64,000 nt of DNA from Bacteroidales bacterium (GTDB taxonomy: Bacteria; Bacteroidota; Bacteroidia; Bacteroidales; UBA932), in assembly GCA_017618115.1 (NCBI GenBank), contig JAFZUX010000024.1, positions 31,924 to 95,923 on the forward strand, read 5' to 3'. Below the pieces are notes generated by a model, which was not told where the DNA came from, ran no database searches, and saw only the letters and a program-made list of their open reading frames with translations. Of the stretch, positions 63,224 to 64,000 are shown in pieces (position 1 is the stretch's first letter; each line of letters opens with the position of its first letter). The translations under genes were made by a program, and so were the position numbers.

Positions 63224-64000
63224 TAGTCAATGGCTCTGTCCTGAATATCTGTGCTTCCGCTGTAGAGTCCCTTGGCGTGCTTCTCTTTAATCTCTGAAAA
63301 TGCCTTGAGAGTATACTCCACGTGCTCCATCTGGTGCATTTGGGTGCAGATGAGACGGAACATAATAACGCCCTGAGGAACAACAGGATATACAACTACA
63401 GAACAGAATATGTTGTAGTTCTCTCTGAGATCTACCAATATGTTGGTTGCCTCAGGAACCGTACCGTGGATGAAGACAGGAGTGATGCAAGCCTCTGCAG
63501 GACCAATGTCATATCCCATTTTTCTCAAACCGTTCTGCAGTGCGCGTGCTACGTCAAACAGATGCTTTCTTCTGTCGTCACCCTTACGGATAAGATCAAG
63601 TCTCTTGAGGTTGCCCTCTACGAAAGGCATAGGGAGACTCTTTGCATAGATCTGACTTCTAAGGTTATATCTTAAGTAGTTGATGATATCTTTAGGACCT
63701 GCAACAAAACCTCCGATGGAAGCCATTGCCTTTGCAAATGCGCCAAAGTAGAGGTCAATGCCATCCATGCAGTGGAGTTCCTCAGATGTTCCTCTTCCGT
63801 GAGCACCCATAACTCCGAATCCGTGAGCATCGTCAATAAGGATTCTGAACTTGAATTTCTTCTTCAGTTCTACAATCTTATCCAGAATTCCCAGAGCACC
63901 GGTCATTCCGTAAACTCCCTCAGTTACAAGGAGTACGCCGCCTCCCTGCTCCTCTGCACGCTTGGTTGCGCGGTTGAGAACCTTCTCGCAGTCTGCAATA
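63223..64000 (-). CDS. PLP-dependent alpha-oxoamine synthase (serine palmitoyltransferase / 8-amino-7-oxononanoate synthase / cysteate acyltransferase family), C-terminal part
   Basis: The reading frame stays open to the window end. ...GALGILDKIVELKKKFKFRILIDDAHGFGVMGAHGRGT...FAKAMASIGGF is typical of the AONS/SPT family. The N-terminus lies beyond 64000. Confidence 0.85.
   Translation of the reverse strand, partial: IADCEKVLNRATKRAEEQGGGVLLVTEGVYGMTGALGILDKIVELKKKFKFRILIDDAHGFGVMGAHGRGTSEELHCMDGIDLYFGAFAKAMASIGGFVAGPKDIINYLRYNLRSQIYAKSLPMPFVEGNLKRLDLIRKGDDRRKHLFDVARALQNGLRKMGYDIGPAEACITPVFIHGTVPEATNILVDLRENYNIFCSVVVYPVVPQGVIMFRLICTQMHQMEHVEYTLKAFSEIKEKHAKGLYSGSTDIQDRAID

Noticed and set aside
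1-64000. Search for CRISPR arrays, rRNA, transposases, integrases, reverse transcriptases and prophage structural genes
   Set aside because: I found no direct-repeat/spacer array, no rRNA-like stretch and none of these protein families in any frame. The only repeat-like items are the 13-mer tandem at 34988-35017 and hairpins.

Overview
This is a chromosomal segment that looks Bacteroidota (Bacteroidales-like). Several transcription units are preceded by the TAnnTTTG -7 promoter box, Shine-Dalgarno sequences are absent, and the gene families are typical of the phylum (tricorn-like protease, TPR lipoproteins, putative-porin barrel, short AMP-nucleosidase-like protein). I support about 60 protein genes, 3 tRNAs (Gly-CCC, Arg-ACG, Leu-CAG) and several intrinsic terminators. 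I saw no rRNA, CRISPR array, integrase, transposase or prophage structural genes.

Most of the window is housekeeping: uvrB, pncB, nadD, gmk, fba, dnaK, grpE-dnaJ, rplS, rmuC, cls, ubiE/menG, anmK, peptidases and cell-wall enzymes.

Five places deserve a second look:
1. 18.3-31.0 kb: a 12-gene, translationally coupled locus. It joins a sugar-kinase/nucleotidyltransferase pair (the kinase is fused to a RapZ C-terminal domain) to a FabG/ACP/KS/CLF set, three or four acyltransferase domains, a polyprenyl-phosphate-type GT2 with a small flippase-like protein, an MMPL exporter fused to a PlsC domain, and a secreted esterase. It resembles an aryl-polyene core but has no dehydratase or starter enzymes.
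2. 56.8-57.36 kb: an orphan transcription unit with tandem consensus promoters, a roughly 110-nt three-way-junction leader containing a terminator-like hairpin, and a 46-codon highly basic small ORF.
3. 8.3-9.6 kb: a Panacea/SocA (DUF4065) antitoxin-like gene with unannotated small partners.
4. 34.96-35.9 kb: a roughly 30% G+C islet of tiny membrane ORFs, bordered by a tandem G-rich 13-mer.
5. 62.4-64.0 kb: an alpha-oxoamine synthase (SPT/CapB-like) coupled to an SDR at the window edge.

All functional calls come from reading the translations and motifs by eye. No database search was run.
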